A stretch of DNA of 64,000 bases, taken from Paramecium tetraurelia. Its lineage: Eukaryota. Where the stretch lies: NCBI GenBank assembly GCA_000165425.1, contig CT868363.1:1-64000 (forward strand), read 5' to 3'. The notes beneath the pieces are model-generated. The model was given only the letters and a program-made list of their open reading frames with translations, ran no database searches and was not told the DNA's origin. Shown here one piece after another: positions 1 through 14,705 of the stretch. A program made the position numbers and the translations under genes. Position 1 is the first letter of the stretch. Each line of letters begins with the position of its first letter.

Positions 1-539
1 AAGACCAGAACAGAAAATAGGAGATGGTCCTTCATCTCATTCTTTGTCTCAAGTTCCCTAGGCTTCATATCCCTTTTGGTCATGCTTGAAGGGTTTTCAG
101 AGTACCCTGAATGGCAATAGCTGGGGTCCCCTTCCAGTTTCGGAACTCTTGAGAATTTAGTGCTGAATGGATCCTGATAAGAATTAATTACAAATTTAAA
201 TAAATATAATTCTAGATTTGTTTAGAATTGAAAAGGATAAAATTCTAAAATTTGTATTCATAAATTAATAAATCTTCTTTTTTGGTTAGATAAGAAAGGA
301 GAACATGCTGGTATCATGGATAATATATACACTTTTTAATATATATATAGAATAAAAAAGCACTATAGAGATAGATACGAAAAGATAAAAAATTTAAATT
401 TGATATTACACCCTTTTTACCCTTTCTTAACCTTTGATAAATATCAAAGCCAATAGGGTCTTATTAAGGCTTTATTGGTTTGAAAGTATAAGGTTTCTAA
501 AACAGTAAATTTGAACCTGAAATAATAAACATTAATTTT

Positions 540-3200
540 GAGAAAAAACCTGCAATTTAAAACAATTATTCAACAAACATTAATAATAAAGAGCAAAAAT
601 TCAAACTTGTGTCCATACTTAAAATTTAGCTATACTCCCAAAATTTATGAAACTCCCAAGATGAAGTACTTTAAACCAGAAAGCAGTGAATATGAGTCAA
701 AGCAATCATGCAAGAAGAAAAGACCAAGAAATATCACTGATATTAATCCACCTAAATATCATGTTCATCTGATTAATTTTGTATTATCCTTTGGCTACAA
801 ATATAATCTAAACATGAGAGTAGGTGGATCTAACATGTCCCTGGAATGCAACAGTTTTTCTACCATGATTTGGATTACACCCATATTTAATTATATCCTA
901 CCCTATATCTATCCTATATATAAGGAATACTCATCAGCAATAAAGAAGTGAAGACAAGAGTGCAGCTATTCTTAAGATACTTCAGAGCCAAAATCAGTAA
1001 GTATTTGCGAAGAATACCAAAGAAGACCAAAATTTTATTGGGTCTGAGAGGATATTTATTTTTTTAATTCAATCATCAAACCTATCGGCATTGTGATTGG
1101 AGTTCTAGGAGAGAATATTATGAATACGAAGGTTTGACTAATTTTAAGATGTGTGAGTCAAATTAAGAATCATTTGACCATGAATTCCTTAAAGTTGGTA
1201 GTGCGTTTCACAAGGACTATGATGGGAAGAAATTCTGTAAAGAGTTACAAACAGCCTTTTCAGTTAGCTAGATTTGAAATAGCAAAATGATCGGAAGGCT
1301 GCCTAGATAGAATTTTTTTTGGCAAAAACAATATTCAGTGTTTAAGGAAGGAAATATGTTAAGGCCTAATTAATTCTAAGTGTTGAACTGGGTATTTAAT
1401 AGATAGTACTTTTAAAGAGTTTTTTTATTGTTAATTGGGCTAGGCTGCAAATCTGTGAACTTTTTCAGCACTCAATTACCAAGTATGATTTATATGCGTA
1501 TTTGTTTTGATACTTGCTCCACTATTCATAATTGCACACTGAAAGGAAATAACTACATTGACTAATCTGATATTCTGACACACAACGGCATTTAGGAAAT
1601 ACAATTTTCTCATAATTGTATGAAGTTGTAATTCCAACTTGATAATTTAGACCTATTTTACTCGATTGATTTTCAGCTTTTAATGACATTCATCAAATTA
1701 ATAAATTTCAATTCAAAGGCAGCGAAGACTTTCCTCTAATTCAAATTTTACCATAAATAAAAACTATTAAGTAGTAAAATAACATTACATGGCTATGGTC
1801 TTTTTAAATTTATTTGGAAGAATCTTAAATGGAAGTAACGATTAGATAAAAACTTCAAGAACTTCTTTTTAAATCTTTTACATAACCCAGACAATTAAGT
1901 TAGAAACTATTCTAGAGATAGACTCTAATATGAATCATAAATGGGTTCATAAAGCCATTTTGGAAAAAATATTGAGGTTGGCAAAAGAAGGAAATAGCAC
2001 TACAGCAGACATCCTAAATGTTCTGATGAAAATAAAATAGTGCTATATATCCATATTTATAAATGGTGCTAAATAAAAGGCTATTACACTAGTAGATAGT
2101 GCCATTGAAGTAGATGAAATTATTGGCTTTTTATTCAAAGCAGTAGAAAACTCATTCTATTGGAAAAGCTGCTTTGTAAAATAATAATTGGTTACAGAGT
2201 TGCTCAATATTTAAAAGGAATAGTTAATGAATAATTCATCAAAAATGGAATAGAATTTTTAGTGGGTTAGACTCAAAACATAAGTACATTAAGTGATTGG
2301 GCATTTAATTACTTCAGAATATAATTGTATGAATGCATTTATCTTTTTTAAATCGTTTACCCTTTAGCCTTGAGATATTATCAGTAATGATTAGAATTTG
2401 ATTTTGCTTAAAAAGAATGGACTTATAGATTTTGTGTTTTTGAATGGCTTATTATTATAAAAAGGAGATCAGCAACATTACAATATTGAAGTTACCAATG
2501 AGGATATAAACCTCATAATAGAATGAATAGATTACAATCAATTGATGTCTTCGTTTGAAAGTCAGACTCGTTAAATATAGCAATGATTGAAGCTAGAGCT
2601 AATTGACTGCTCCATTTATCACCAATTAAATTATGTTTCTATGACCTTCAAACCCTACAAACTAAAATCTGAAGCTAATTAAAATTGAAATCAAGCTCAT
2701 CTATTTTGTGTAATCGTACCAAAAATACATCCCTTAAAATAAGAGATTGTCATTACAACAGTAATAAGCGATGCAGGATTTAGTGCAAGCACATTACAAT
2801 CCTTCCCTGATAATGTGCTTGGTCTAAATTGATCAGTGTCCTTAGTATTTGTTGAATGTACCTTAGCATAGCAAAAAATTTTAGGTATATTAATTTATAT
2901 CATATTGAGGATAATACTGCAATCTTGAAAGCTCATTCTCATCGTTTAATTTGAGTGGCATTCAATAAGCATCTGAAGTTCAATGTCGATAAAATATTAG
3001 AAAAGAGGAAGAACATTTATCATATCTAATATTGGTACATAGCTTTAAAAGTCCTCTTCATCAAAATGTAACTCTATGCAGCAATATGTGAACTTATTTA
3101 GAGCAACGAAAAGTGTAAAAATAAAGTAGGGCTAATCTGATAAACTCATTCAGAGGAAGGTTATTTAAATGATCTTTCGTAAAGAATTGATTATGAACTC
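540..3200 (+). pseudogene. Decayed gene remnants, unidentified families
   Basis: Protein-like stretches (e.g. ILRLAKEGNSTTADILNVLMKIK near 1970-2040, KILEKRKNIYHIQYWY near 2990-3040) broken by TGA stops and frame switches; no complete ORF in code 6. Confidence 0.4.
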
Positions 3201-3814
3201 CGACTGCTATTCTTCCTCCCCTAGTATGGTTTTCTTTCGTAATCTATTGAAATATGTGTAAGAAGGAGAGCATAGTATTTCTTTTCTGGTTTCTTGAAAA
3301 AAATATATGTACTCCTGTCTATTTGGTAGTTTTTAGAGTATTATATTTCGTTGAAGATACATTCCATGTGAGGACGATTAATTAATTTGGAGTTTATGAT
3401 TTTATAGTTTACAAGCATATACATTTTGGATAATTATCTTACCTTGATAATCGTGCAATTAATTCAAATTGAGAATATTTTCTTCTGTTGATCCTCTTTT
3501 AAAGCATTAAATAATCAACGTATCTTTTAATATGAAATCACCAATATACCCCCATAAGTGAGTATTCTTAGAGTTGTGTTGATATCATGATATTTGCATT
3601 CTTTACAATTTTAATTGATGGTCCAAAGTTACTAATATAAGTTTTTGGGATTTTGAATAATCTCTATGCTTTTTAAAAATTCTACTCAAGTCTTGATTTC
3701 GAATTTCTTCTCTAAATTTGTTCTCTTTTGCTCGATATAAATTCAGATTTTGTAAGTTATTAATCACTATAGTTTTGATATTTCAATCATAATTAAATTT
3801 AATTCAAAATATAA

Positions 3815-4736
3815 TGCATGAATTAACTTTAGCAATGAAGAGGAAGCCAATGCAAAGAATTTGAAAAAAGATATGGTTTTGATTGTCTAAAATTACTTTA
3901 CTAGTGAAATGGTAGCTATGAAACAGTTTTATTTAAACTCATAGAAAACTGAAGCATAAGGTTTGACAGAGTTGAATAAAATTTTAAAGAAGGCTCAAAA
4001 TAAAATGATTCATTACCTGCTATGTTTATAATTTCATAAATGGTGCCCAAATTGTAAATTAATTTGGCTAAAAGATTCTGGAGGATAGACAACATGTGGC
4101 AACCCTCCTGATTAAGATAATAATGAATTTAAGCCATCAGCAAAAAACATTCAAAATAAATATCGCTAAAACAACAGTAGAATGCATCAAACTAAAACAA
4201 TATACTGAAATTAATTAAAAGTACTCTCTCTTAAAATTAATATAAATTAAAAGGCTATGAGCCCTAATTAATTTTGGATAATTTACAAATATAGTCTGCT
4301 GATATATTAAATGAGCTCCAAAACACTTGTGTTTTAGACATATAAGATTCAAAAAAAATGAATAAGATTTATTATGGAGTAAATCATTTCATGAAACATA
4401 GATATAATTGAATAATCTAGATAAAGCTAATCTTTAATCAAATAACCTTTAGATCAGAAACAAAAAATAGTACGGGTTGTTAATAATAGTAGTGAAAATA
4501 GTTTCAAACACATCAAAGATAAAAATTAAACGAATAAACAACTCTGTAAAATATCACAATTAGAAAGTAGAGGTAAAGTATCAACAATAAGTTAAAGCTG
4601 AAGAATAGCAAGATATATTAAACATAATAATAGAATTGAAAAACACTCTAAGGGTAGAAATAAACCAAAGTAACAGAGATCAATGACAAGAAAAAAAAAA
4701 ATAAAAATGAGCTGCTCTGCTTGCAGAATTAGTTGA
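3815..4736 (+). pseudogene. Remnant of a gene with a Cys-rich zinc-binding (IBR/RING-like) motif
   Basis: Reads KWCPNCKLIWLKDSGGQTTCGNPPD at ~4039-4115; surrounding frames are interrupted. Confidence 0.4.
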
Positions 4737-5699
4737 ATTATAGCTTCTTCTATTTTCATTTTAAAAATAGTTAAGAAATAGAATAAAGATTTCTTCTAAT
4801 AAAGGTTATAAACAGCAAATGAATATATTAATATTTATTAATTTTTATAGAAAGGGGGGTCTGTTGCATCAATCCTAATAAGAACTAAAAGGATTAGAGT
4901 GTTATTGTCTTGTTATTTCTTAGCGAAGAAAATTAAAAGGTTGTAAAAGAATGATCCAAAGAAATATTAAGCTTTTATTTGACAAATTGATGATACTTTG
5001 AAATTATAAATATAATTAATTGATATTATTTGTTATAAATGGCAGATGCTTATCCATCCATCAAAATATAATATATTTTCTACAATTATGCTAAAAATTT
5101 TTTCGAAATATTTAAAAGGAAAACACTTAATTCAAAAGGAAGACAGCTCTATCCCACTTTTTAATATCCTACCTCCATAATTCGAAAGTGATATTAACTA
5201 TAGGATGAGAAAGAATCTATGTTTGAAGATAAAATGTTAACTCAAATGATTACTTAATATTAGGAAAATAGAATTGTGAAAATAGAATGTTTTAAATTTT
5301 TTGTTATTATTATTAATCCTTTCAGAAGATAGAAAGATTTTTTGATTTAATTAAAATTCTAAATACAATTTATTAATTTATTTTGAAAAAATTAAGTGTC
5401 AGCAAGATGGTTTGAAAATTGAAATATATAATAACTATCATTAATTGAGGAATAAATTCATGCAAAGATTCTTACTAAATTCATAATCAGGTAGAGGCAT
5501 AATAAAATAATGATTAAGAAATTTGTTTTTCTAATAATAATTTCATAAACTTTAAAATTGGGGCAATTTCATAATTTACTTGGCGATTATGTTAATAATC
5601 TACTTAAAAATAATATTTAATTATTAAAAACATAAAGATAGTTCAGTTTGATAATACTTTTAATTTAGGTGTAAATGATTATCAGATTAGATTACATAT

Positions 5700-7200
5700 G
5701 CTCCTTTGTCTTTCAAACTCACTCTTTCCTGCTTATCATTTTATGACATCTCTAGGGTCATTGCATCCGCTTTGAGTCACCTTTCCTATCGTTTTCACCC
5801 ATAAATGGCCCTGGAGGTAAAACCTCATTTCATTTTTTTCAAACCATCATTACTAATTTGGATTTAATTTTTGTAATTATCCTATAAGACTTAAAATTTT
5901 ACGATGATTTTTCTGATTAATTTATATCTTTTTTTTGATATTATTAATATTTTCTTCTCCTAACTAAAACAGATTACAATTTATCATCAATTTCTCACAC
6001 CAATGTGAGAAAATTTTTTTGGTCATTTGGGTATTAAATCTTCATTTTAAAAAGTCTCTTTTCAAAAAGTTACAATATGTAGTCTTTCCAAATAATCAAA
6101 GGCCTTATTACGAATAATATATCATTATTAAAATTGATTATAATTTGACCTAATCTTGTCAATCGATTTCTTAAATACGAAATTAAATATTCAATAAGAA
6201 AATGAGCTGAATCATTTAATATTCAATTAAAAAGGCTATTATATACTTTTTATTCTCTATTTCTATTTCTGAATTACTTTAGATCTCCAGTATAATCCTT
6301 TTTTTGAATTTTCAATTGATGTCTAACCCAAGAAAGGAATTATTATATAAAGCGTTTCTTTAAATTTAAGCTACTTTTCCAAAAGTTCTCTTTTCAACAT
6401 TTAAGCAATAGAATGCCATGACCTTGATGACTTTCAAATATAATCTCATTATTGGTTGTAATTAACTTATAATTTCTTTATTAATTACTATTTTGTTTTT
6501 CTTCAAAACAACTATAAAGATAATCAATTTTGAATTATTTTAGATTTTCAATTCTCTTAATTTACCTTTATATGTCATCATCTAATGTGAAAGTCAAATA
6601 TTAATTTTTATCGAGATAAAATCATTAAATTAAATTTTTCTTCAAACCACTTCTACATTACATTTATCATAATTAAAACTTTCAATCAAAGAGTATATTT
6701 TTTAAATCAAAAAAACATTTCTAAATAATTGCTTTAATTAGATCAGAATTTAGACATTTCTATTAGTAATGTCTAATTCGAAAGTTTATTGTTGTAAGGA
6801 TTGTAAAGCAATCTTGAAGGAACTTTATTTTATCATTCGTTTTTAAGTTTAAAGAGTTGAAAATTTAATCTTGTTTTATATCAATTATTCATTTTATTAG
6901 AATTTTATTAATAAATTTATTTAATAAATGAATGACGATTATTCGAGGACCTGTACTTTTGAAGAACTAAAATAAAGAGTTCCTGAAAAATAACCCTCAT
7001 AGAGATAAATTTCTGTTCTAATTGATTAATTTGATTGGGATTCCAAATATGGTCCTTATTCTGGTATGACGAGAGAAGAAAGGTAATGTCAATTTCATGA
7101 ATTATTAGATACAATAGAGCTGTTAATAATGGATTATATCCTCCTCCAGAAATCAAAAATTACTTGACCTCAAAGCCTCATCCTTATTCTTAATTTTATA
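5700..7200 (-). pseudogene. Decayed remnant of a large ciliate-specific protein gene
   Basis: FLISGGGYNPLLTALLYL... at ~7160-6920 followed by further protein-like but stop- and frameshift-riddled segments; family not securely identified. Confidence 0.35.
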
Positions 7201-8636
7201 AATTGTGTTGAAAACAAAGGATGAAAATGAAAATTAATTATTAATGCTTAATTTATAGAAATCTTGAAATTGTTTGTTTCTATAAACATACTTTGATCGC
7301 TTTTGCAATCTCTATCAGGTTTAACTTTAATCGTATGATAATTATTTCTATGATTAAGTTTATTCAGAAGTTTAAGATTAATGCTTATTTAACTGTCAAT
7401 TTACCTACTTATTATTGTAATTTTTATTTTTCAGATATTAGTTTAAGAGAATTTATTTCATTTAATGATATATCTCTTTATACTAGCTTCAAACTAATTT
7501 ATTATGTAAATTATGCTTTATCAATGCATAATATAACAATCTACTACTTTTATTATTAAGGCATTTTCTTTTCGTATGTTAACAATTTTTAAATATTCAA
7601 ATCGTACAAATTATATTGTTAAATGATTGATTTTCAGTGCTTTTAGTTTTTCAAATAAAAAATCAAAGAAATTATTCAATAAATTGTAAATTATATAATT
7701 ATTTGTCTGTAATAAATTCATGGAGATAATTATAAACAATTTATGGAATACTTTAGATTTTCGATTTCCCATTTCAAAGTTTATACTACCCAAAGGTATG
7801 AATTTTCTTCCTAAGTAATGAAAGTAACATTTTGATCATACATTTTAGTAAACACTAACTATTAATCCTTTGAAGTTAAATTTTAGTTTTTTTTTCTTTT
7901 TCACTAAATCGTCTAATCCTCTAATAAAATCTCTTCTTCCTAATATTTATGATTTCTTTTAATTTTAATTTATCAAACTACTTTTTAATTTTCCACTATC
8001 ATTGTAGAGTTGTCGAATTTATCAAATTTTATACTTAAGAACATAATCAATAATCTCAATTAATTGATTAAGTCAATTACTTTGACCATTATGATTAATG
8101 TGCTTTTTCTGAATCAATTTGATGTTTATTTTCTGTAAAAGTTTGAGGTTATGCATTAATTCATATTCCTATGTGGAAAATTTCTAAAACAAAAATAAAA
8201 TACATTTTGTTCATTTAAGAATCAGCTTAGAAAATCAGCAAAATTATAGAAATAGAGTGCGATATTAAAGAAAACCAAGAAACTAATGAATTATAATTAA
8301 ACATCAATTATTATTATTATTTTGTTCACTTAATCCTTGACCGAAGAAGCTCATTTTAGTTACAACTTTGCAATTTCTTATACCATTAAATTTAGTTAAT
8401 CATTTCATTATTCATCTCTAAGTTTAAAGTTTATTTTTGTGATTGTTATCAATTTTCATTTCTATTTTTAGGGCTAATAGATAGTATTAATGTTGAAATT
8501 CACGAATAATAAATTCAAACCTTAATGTCATTTTCACTCAGTGTTAGAAATCGGATTTTATTTTCAACCAATTAATTTAATCCATCATTTTCTTAGTTCG
8601 TTCCTTGATTCTAAAATATTAATTAATTTTATAATA

Positions 8637-9413
8637 ATGAGAACCTCTGAAAGTGAAAAAATTACCTGCACAGCATTAAAACACTTAAAAAACTAAAAAT
8701 TATATGAAATACTCTTGCTCAAAGAGAGAGTGGCTCTCTTATAAAAAGAATCAGAAACCATATAGTAAAGAGCGAATCCTCTTAAGTCTAAACTACTCAA
8801 AAATGTAGAGGAATCAAAAAGGCTCTATGAAGATATAAAATAGAAAGTATTTTTACTAATTATAAGGAATAAGAATATAAATAATTCATTTAAAGTTAAA
8901 AGGAAAAAGAATATAATGAAAAAAGATAGAAAAGGAACTTTATTCAGTTTGTTTCAAATGAAGCATTAAAGTTTGCTCGAGAGCATGCCTAATAGGAAAA
9001 AAAAGAATAAGCCTATCAAATAAAATTGCTTCATCAATAAGATAAACTAAAAATAAAAATGAATAAGGATTAGCTAATTCATGAAAAATAAATAAATAAG
9101 TAATTCAATGTTTATTATAAATAGATTATAAGTGATAAACTCGGAAAAGCAGGCTTAGTAGAGAATAAAAGAATTTTAGGATAATAGGTAATAAAAATTT
9201 TAGAATATAACTTCCATTGAAAAGTCTTTGATATAATAAGAATTAGATAGTAAAGATCAAGAATTAAAAGCCCTTGAAGAATTGGAAATGAGATATTTAC
9301 AAAAATTGTAATAAAGCAAATCTTAATAGCTCTAATTTAAAAATTAAATCAAGGATGCAATGGAACTTAAGGTTGAGGATTATAAAAAGAAATACCCAAA
9401 AATAGGGAAATGA
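8637..9413 (+). CDS. Coiled-coil hypothetical protein
   Basis: ATG 8637 MRTSESEKITC..., tiny GT..AG intron near 8847, ends ELKALEELEMRYLQKLQ...YKKKYPKIGK TGA. Confidence 0.7.
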
Positions 9414-9496
9414 GGGTGAATCAAAATCTGTATAAATATAAATTAAGGATAACAATTTTCATATTTAATTAAAGTTCCAATTATTTCAAATTTTTA

Positions 9497-10777
9497 ATGA
9501 CAGAAACCATCGAAAATCTACGTGACTTTAACTATTACTAGCTGTCAAAGGATGTGAATACTAGTTATGTATTAGCTGAATACATTTGGATTGATGGAAC
9601 AGGAGAATAATTAAGATCAAAGACAAAAGTAATTCACACGTGTAAAAATATTTTAGGTTTATTAAACTCAAATAAAAAGACTTGAAGATTTGGAGTGGTG
9701 GACATATGATGGGTCATCAACAGATTAAGCAGTGACTAGGTTTTCAGAAATATATTTAAAACCAGTTCGAGTAGTAAAGGATCCTTTTAGAGGAGATCCT
9801 CATATTCTTGTATTGTGTGAAACATACCTCCCAGATAAAAAGACACCAGCAAGATATAACTTTAGGTATTTTCAAGCTGAAATTAATTGTTTAGATGGAT
9901 TGCAAATTAAATTATGGAGAAAGCCAGAGATCATAAACCATGGTTTGGAATTGAATAAGAATATTTCTTATTAAAAAGGACAGGAACAACACATTTATGG
10001 CCTTTAGGATGGCCAACAGGAGGATTTCCTTATCCATAAGGCAGATACTATTGCTCAATTGGTGAAAGGAATAATTTTGGAAGAGCTTTAGCCGAGGCTC
10101 ATCTAAGAGCATGCTTGAATGCTGGATTAAAAATTGCTGGATTAAACGCTGAAGTTGCACCATCATAATGGGAATTTTAAATTGGAATTGCTGAAGGCAT
10201 TGAAATAGGAGATCATATGTGGTTGGCAAGATATATTTTAGAAAGAATTGGGGAAGAATTTGGAATTGATATCAACTATGATCCTAAACCAATATTAGGT
10301 GATTGGAATGGAAGTGGGGCTCATTGCAATTATTCGACGGTTACAACTAGATCTGAAGGAGGATATAGATATATTGTAGATAAATTAATGCCTATTCTTA
10401 AAGAAAATCATCTTGAAATGATTAAGTTATACGGATAAAAGAACGAGCTTAGATTAACAGGTAGACATGAGACAGGAAAATATGATTAATTCACTTGGGG
10501 AGATGGAGCAAGAGGATGTTCTGTTAGAGTACCAATAATCACAAAAGAATAAGGATAAGGGTATTTTTAGTTTATAACCATGTTTAGATATTTTGAAGAT
10601 AGAAGACCAGCAGCTAATATTGATCCATATTTAGTTTCTGCAGCTCTAGTTGATGTGACTTGTTTAAACAGTGAGCATCTTAAATAATTGAATTCAATTT
10701 TTGAAGACTCGCTAAAGCCATTAGGATAACAAATATTTTAATAATAGAAGGAAATATTCTAGCAATAAAAAGAATGA
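9497..10777 (+). CDS. GLN1: Glutamine synthetase (type II)
   Basis: AEYIWIDGTG, WTYDGSST, PWFGIEQEY, NAEVAPSQWEFQIG, DWNGSGAHCNYST, RLTGRHET, YFEDRRPAANIDPY; three tiny introns. Confidence 0.97.
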
Positions 10778-11368
10778 AAATATCGTTATTTTGTGTTCAA
10801 TTTTAAAATATTTTAGTTGTATAAATTTATTTTCTTACATTTTATTACACTATTTTAAGAATCCATATGAAAAATACATCTTTGCAAAAAATACCAAAAT
10901 ATTAAATCAAAAAAAATAAATCAAAATTTACATCTTTTATTAATAGTCTATGAGTATAAGCTTAAAGTATTATAGATGGCACAATAATTGAGGACATTCT
11001 AGTAAAACTATTAAAACTAAAAACACTTGTGGTTGTATTTTTTTATAAAAATATTTTGTGAAAAAGAAAATTTTTGATGTATTATCTTAAATAATAAAAT
11101 TTACTCCATAAAGTAGTAAATTATTAACGAAATATTCAGAATTTAATTTGAAATGATAATTAATTGATTCGTCCTTTGTAAAAATTATGAAAAAACTGTA
11201 AAATTTTGCTTAGCATTCTTTATAAGAAGTGAATTTGAAATTTATTATAGAAAGAGGCGAAGTTTAAAAAAGAATGCGAAGTCTAGAGTTTGGAATAATT
11301 TTAGTTGTTAAAATTGATCCCTATTGAGAGTGTGGAATTTTTTTTTAATTATTTTCGTATTTAAAATT

Positions 11369-12297
11369 ATGAATATGTAATGTACATTAAACAACGAGAT
11401 TCTCCGTTGCTAAACGCCTTCAACGGATGAAACAAATTATGATATAATAGAATAGCAATACTATTTGACTTAAATAATTGAATTAATATTTGTGGAGAAC
11501 TACACATATAAAGAATTGTAAAAGTACTTTACTTACACATTCTAATATATAGAATAATATGATTTCTTTTATGATTAGATCTCCAAATCTGTTAGGATTT
11601 ACATGGAAGTATAGAATAAGTTTTAAACTAGAAAATTGTTTACCATATAAAGTAATTTTCTTTTATTACAAAACCTATTGATATCAAGCATCTCAAAGAT
11701 TATGTCTCTATAATCAAAGAGTTGGAAAAATCCTTTAAGGTTACGTAATTAAAGCATAAAGAATTGTAAGAACTAGTGAAATCATTTTCACACAAAGAAA
11801 AAAAATGTTAATCAATTCATTGTTTCAGACTTATGAAATTTTCTTTTACAAATATCGTTTTGAAGAATAAAGAAGTAAATGTAAGAATCTGATGTAAAAT
11901 ATAGGACTTTTTGACTTCATTGAAATAAGTTTTAGATAAAAGGTTTTATTCATAAACTTTAAAATATTCTAAAACAAAGGATCGATTATAGTTATTTATA
12001 TAGCTCATAAATGAAAAATAATAGGATTGCTTAAGTTCTTTTGAAGATACTAAAAAATGGAGATCTTCTTTTAGAGTAAATAAAAACAACAATGAAGATG
12101 ATTTTGTAATTGTTGAAAGTAGTTCTGGGACTCGAAAAAAAGTTTAATAAGAAAGTAATGTAAAACTTAATGAATATAAATAATTTGAATAAAACCTAGA
12201 AAAATATTTCTAGTCTAAAGCAGATATAGAAAAAATGGAAATAAATGTTTCTTAGGAGTGGGTAAATCGATTAAAACAAAAAACCAAAAAAAAATGA
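11369..12297 (+). pseudogene. Hypothetical protein gene with frameshifts (pseudogene or assembly errors)
   Basis: MNMQCTLNNEILRCQTPSTDE...; after the intron at 11524-11552 the frame hits TGA and needs further shifts to reach ...WVNRLKQKTKKK TGA. Confidence 0.5.
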
Positions 12298-12475
12298 ATG
12301 TGCTTTAGATAAACATATTGTATATTTTTATTAAGAAATCTTTTGGATTAACGATGATCTGGATTGTTTATAACTAATAATTCATATTACATATATAACA
12401 AAAGATTTCTTATGATCTATTTTTCTATGTGTTAGAGTTTTTTTCATAAAATTAAATCTTTTATTAAATAATCAA

Positions 12476-12789
12476 ATGGCAAGAGGTACACCAGCAATAG
12501 GTAAAAGACATTAAAAGACTCACACTTTCTGCAAGAGATGTGGCAGATAAACATTCCACATTTAAAAAAATAGATGCGCATCATGTGGATATCCAGCTGC
12601 AAGATTGAGACTTTGTATTAATGAATAAATACAATATTAGACAGCGGGTGGGGAGAAAAGGTTGCTAGACGTAGATCAACCGGAACAGGAAGAATGAGAT
12701 ATTTGAAATCGATTGCCAGAAGAGCAAAGAATGGTTTTAGAGCAGGAACTTAAGCATAACCAAAAGTTAAAAATACACAGAAAAAGTGA
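12476..12789 (+). CDS. RPL37: 60S ribosomal protein L37 (eL37)
   Basis: [45 protein letters not shown]...[14 protein letters not shown]; 26-nt intron 12615-12640. Confidence 0.98.
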
Positions 12790-12896
12790 TTCATCAGGCT
12801 ATTATTACAAAATAGTACATTAAATTTTCACACAATCCTTCATCACTATATTATCATTACGTAATAAATTAGCATTTATTTGTATAAAAATGCGAA

Positions 12897-13557
12897 TCAA
12901 CTTTTCAAATTCATTTTAATCTTTTTTCTGACTTATTGCTCTTCAATTTATTAGCATTCTTATTCCTACATTCTATCTGTCTAATATTCAGCTATAATTT
13001 CAAGCCTAAAATAATAAAAGAAATAAATGTTACAATTCATCTTCATTGCAATCATCATCTAAAATTGAAATAATTTTGATTTTCTTTATTAAACTGGTAA
13101 TGGATTTTAAAACCATGCTGATTTGATCTTGCCAGTCCTGAGATATAAATATCCTCGGTTTTTAATTGATATCTTTTGAAATAGAGATTTTGAATCCATA
13201 TCCATGGAAAGGAGTTAATACATTTGGTTCGATGTTGATTGTATTAACATTTTTGTACACATTAGAGAAATCATCAAACTTATATTAAGTTAAAAATCCG
13301 CTATTTAATTCAAGAGTCGTGTCTTGCTTTTAACTATTTAAATGGATTTCTATGCTATTTCTTTTCAAAATTAATTAAATTGCTTCCTTTTGATTAAAAT
13401 CGTTTAAGTATTCCGAGATTTCTGAATCAACCTCCAACACATCTAGGTGTCTTCTGTTTTCCATGTATTTTCTTATCAATTCCATTTGTTAAACTTCATC
13501 CAACTGTATGATTGGGCATTCGATAGTAAAAAATGAATCTTTAAAAAAAACAATCAT
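12897..13557 (-). CDS. Hypothetical protein
   Basis: MIVFFKDSFFTIECPIIQLDEVQQMELIRKY...; open in code 6 with one tiny intron near 13006-13033; ends KIKMNLKS TGA. Confidence 0.65.
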
Positions 13558-13569
13558 TTTAAATTTTTG

Positions 13570-14690
13570 TATGACTCTTAATTAGGAAATCGTGTAATAA
13601 ACTTAAATCTCTATTCGTTTAATTTATTTTTTAAAAGGCTTTAAACTTGTATATAATTATAGAATGTTTAATTCAAAGACTAATTTGTCCAAAGATGCGT
13701 TGAGCTTTTAAAGTTTAATCTATAGATCAGGGGACAATGTTTAAGGCATCTTATAGTGAATAGAATTGGTGTGGACTTATTCAAATGAAGTAGAGTTGAA
13801 ATAACAAAAAAAAGAGGGCTTTTTAGTATCAACATCCTCAAACTATTCATAGTTGCTTAATAATAAAATTCCTAATATTTTTTAAATTACAATATACCTT
13901 CATTTGAAAAGTAGCAATGTAAATTCTAATCAATAGAATGGCATGTTTTAAGTGCCCTTAAAAATTATTCTGTTTATTTAATTACATAATTCATTTATAA
14001 ATATTATAGTTTATGTAAAATAACATTAGAAATCAAATAATATTTATTTCTTAGCATATCAATTCATTTGAGTAGATTAAATATCAATAGAAAAAAGTAC
14101 GATTTCCCATAAAAATGAAACAAGAACTAGTTTTTATATTTATATAAAAGTCAAAGTTCAGTGCTGTTATGCATATCCTATCTTTCTAAACTATCTAAAC
14201 AACAAAAATCGCTAATCCTAGGATGAGCTTAAATAAAAGATAAATAATGGAAGAATATAAAATAAATACAGCAATTCTATATAGTTAATATTTTCAGAAA
14301 AATTTATTAAATAGATAAATTTAAAGGTAAATAAAATGAATTAATATTTTGAAGAAACATAATTATGTCTAAATTATTAGAATCCCTATTCCTAAACAAT
14401 ATCCAAACCTTAATATATATTTAGGTAACCATCCTCTATTCAAAATTATCAGAAAGATATATATCTTAATAGAAAACTATAAACACTATTAACAGATTGG
14501 GAATATAACATGATGATTTTTTAATCAGCTTTGTGTTCAACTCACCCAAAGTTATCTAAATTTATTCAGATTATTAAATATACGCTAAATAATTGTAGAG
14601 TATTTGAGTGCATTGCCTAAAATTTTATCATTTATTCAAAATCCTTCATAATTACTACTAGTGAACTTATGGCATTTATTTAATTACAAT
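13570..14690 (+). pseudogene. Disrupted hypothetical gene
   Basis: MTLNQEIVQQTQISIR start then long protein-like segments separated by TGA or frame changes. Confidence 0.35.
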
Positions 14691-14705
14691 CTAAAATATC
14701 GTTAA

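Noticed and set aside
1..180. Minus-strand open frame YQDPFSTKFSRVPKLEGDPSY... running off the window
   Set aside because: No start or recognisable motif; too short to support
538..951. 137-aa ORF from the track as a real or foreign standard-code gene
   Set aside because: Starts at TTG, no motif, embedded in decayed sequence; no evidence of viral or transposon origin
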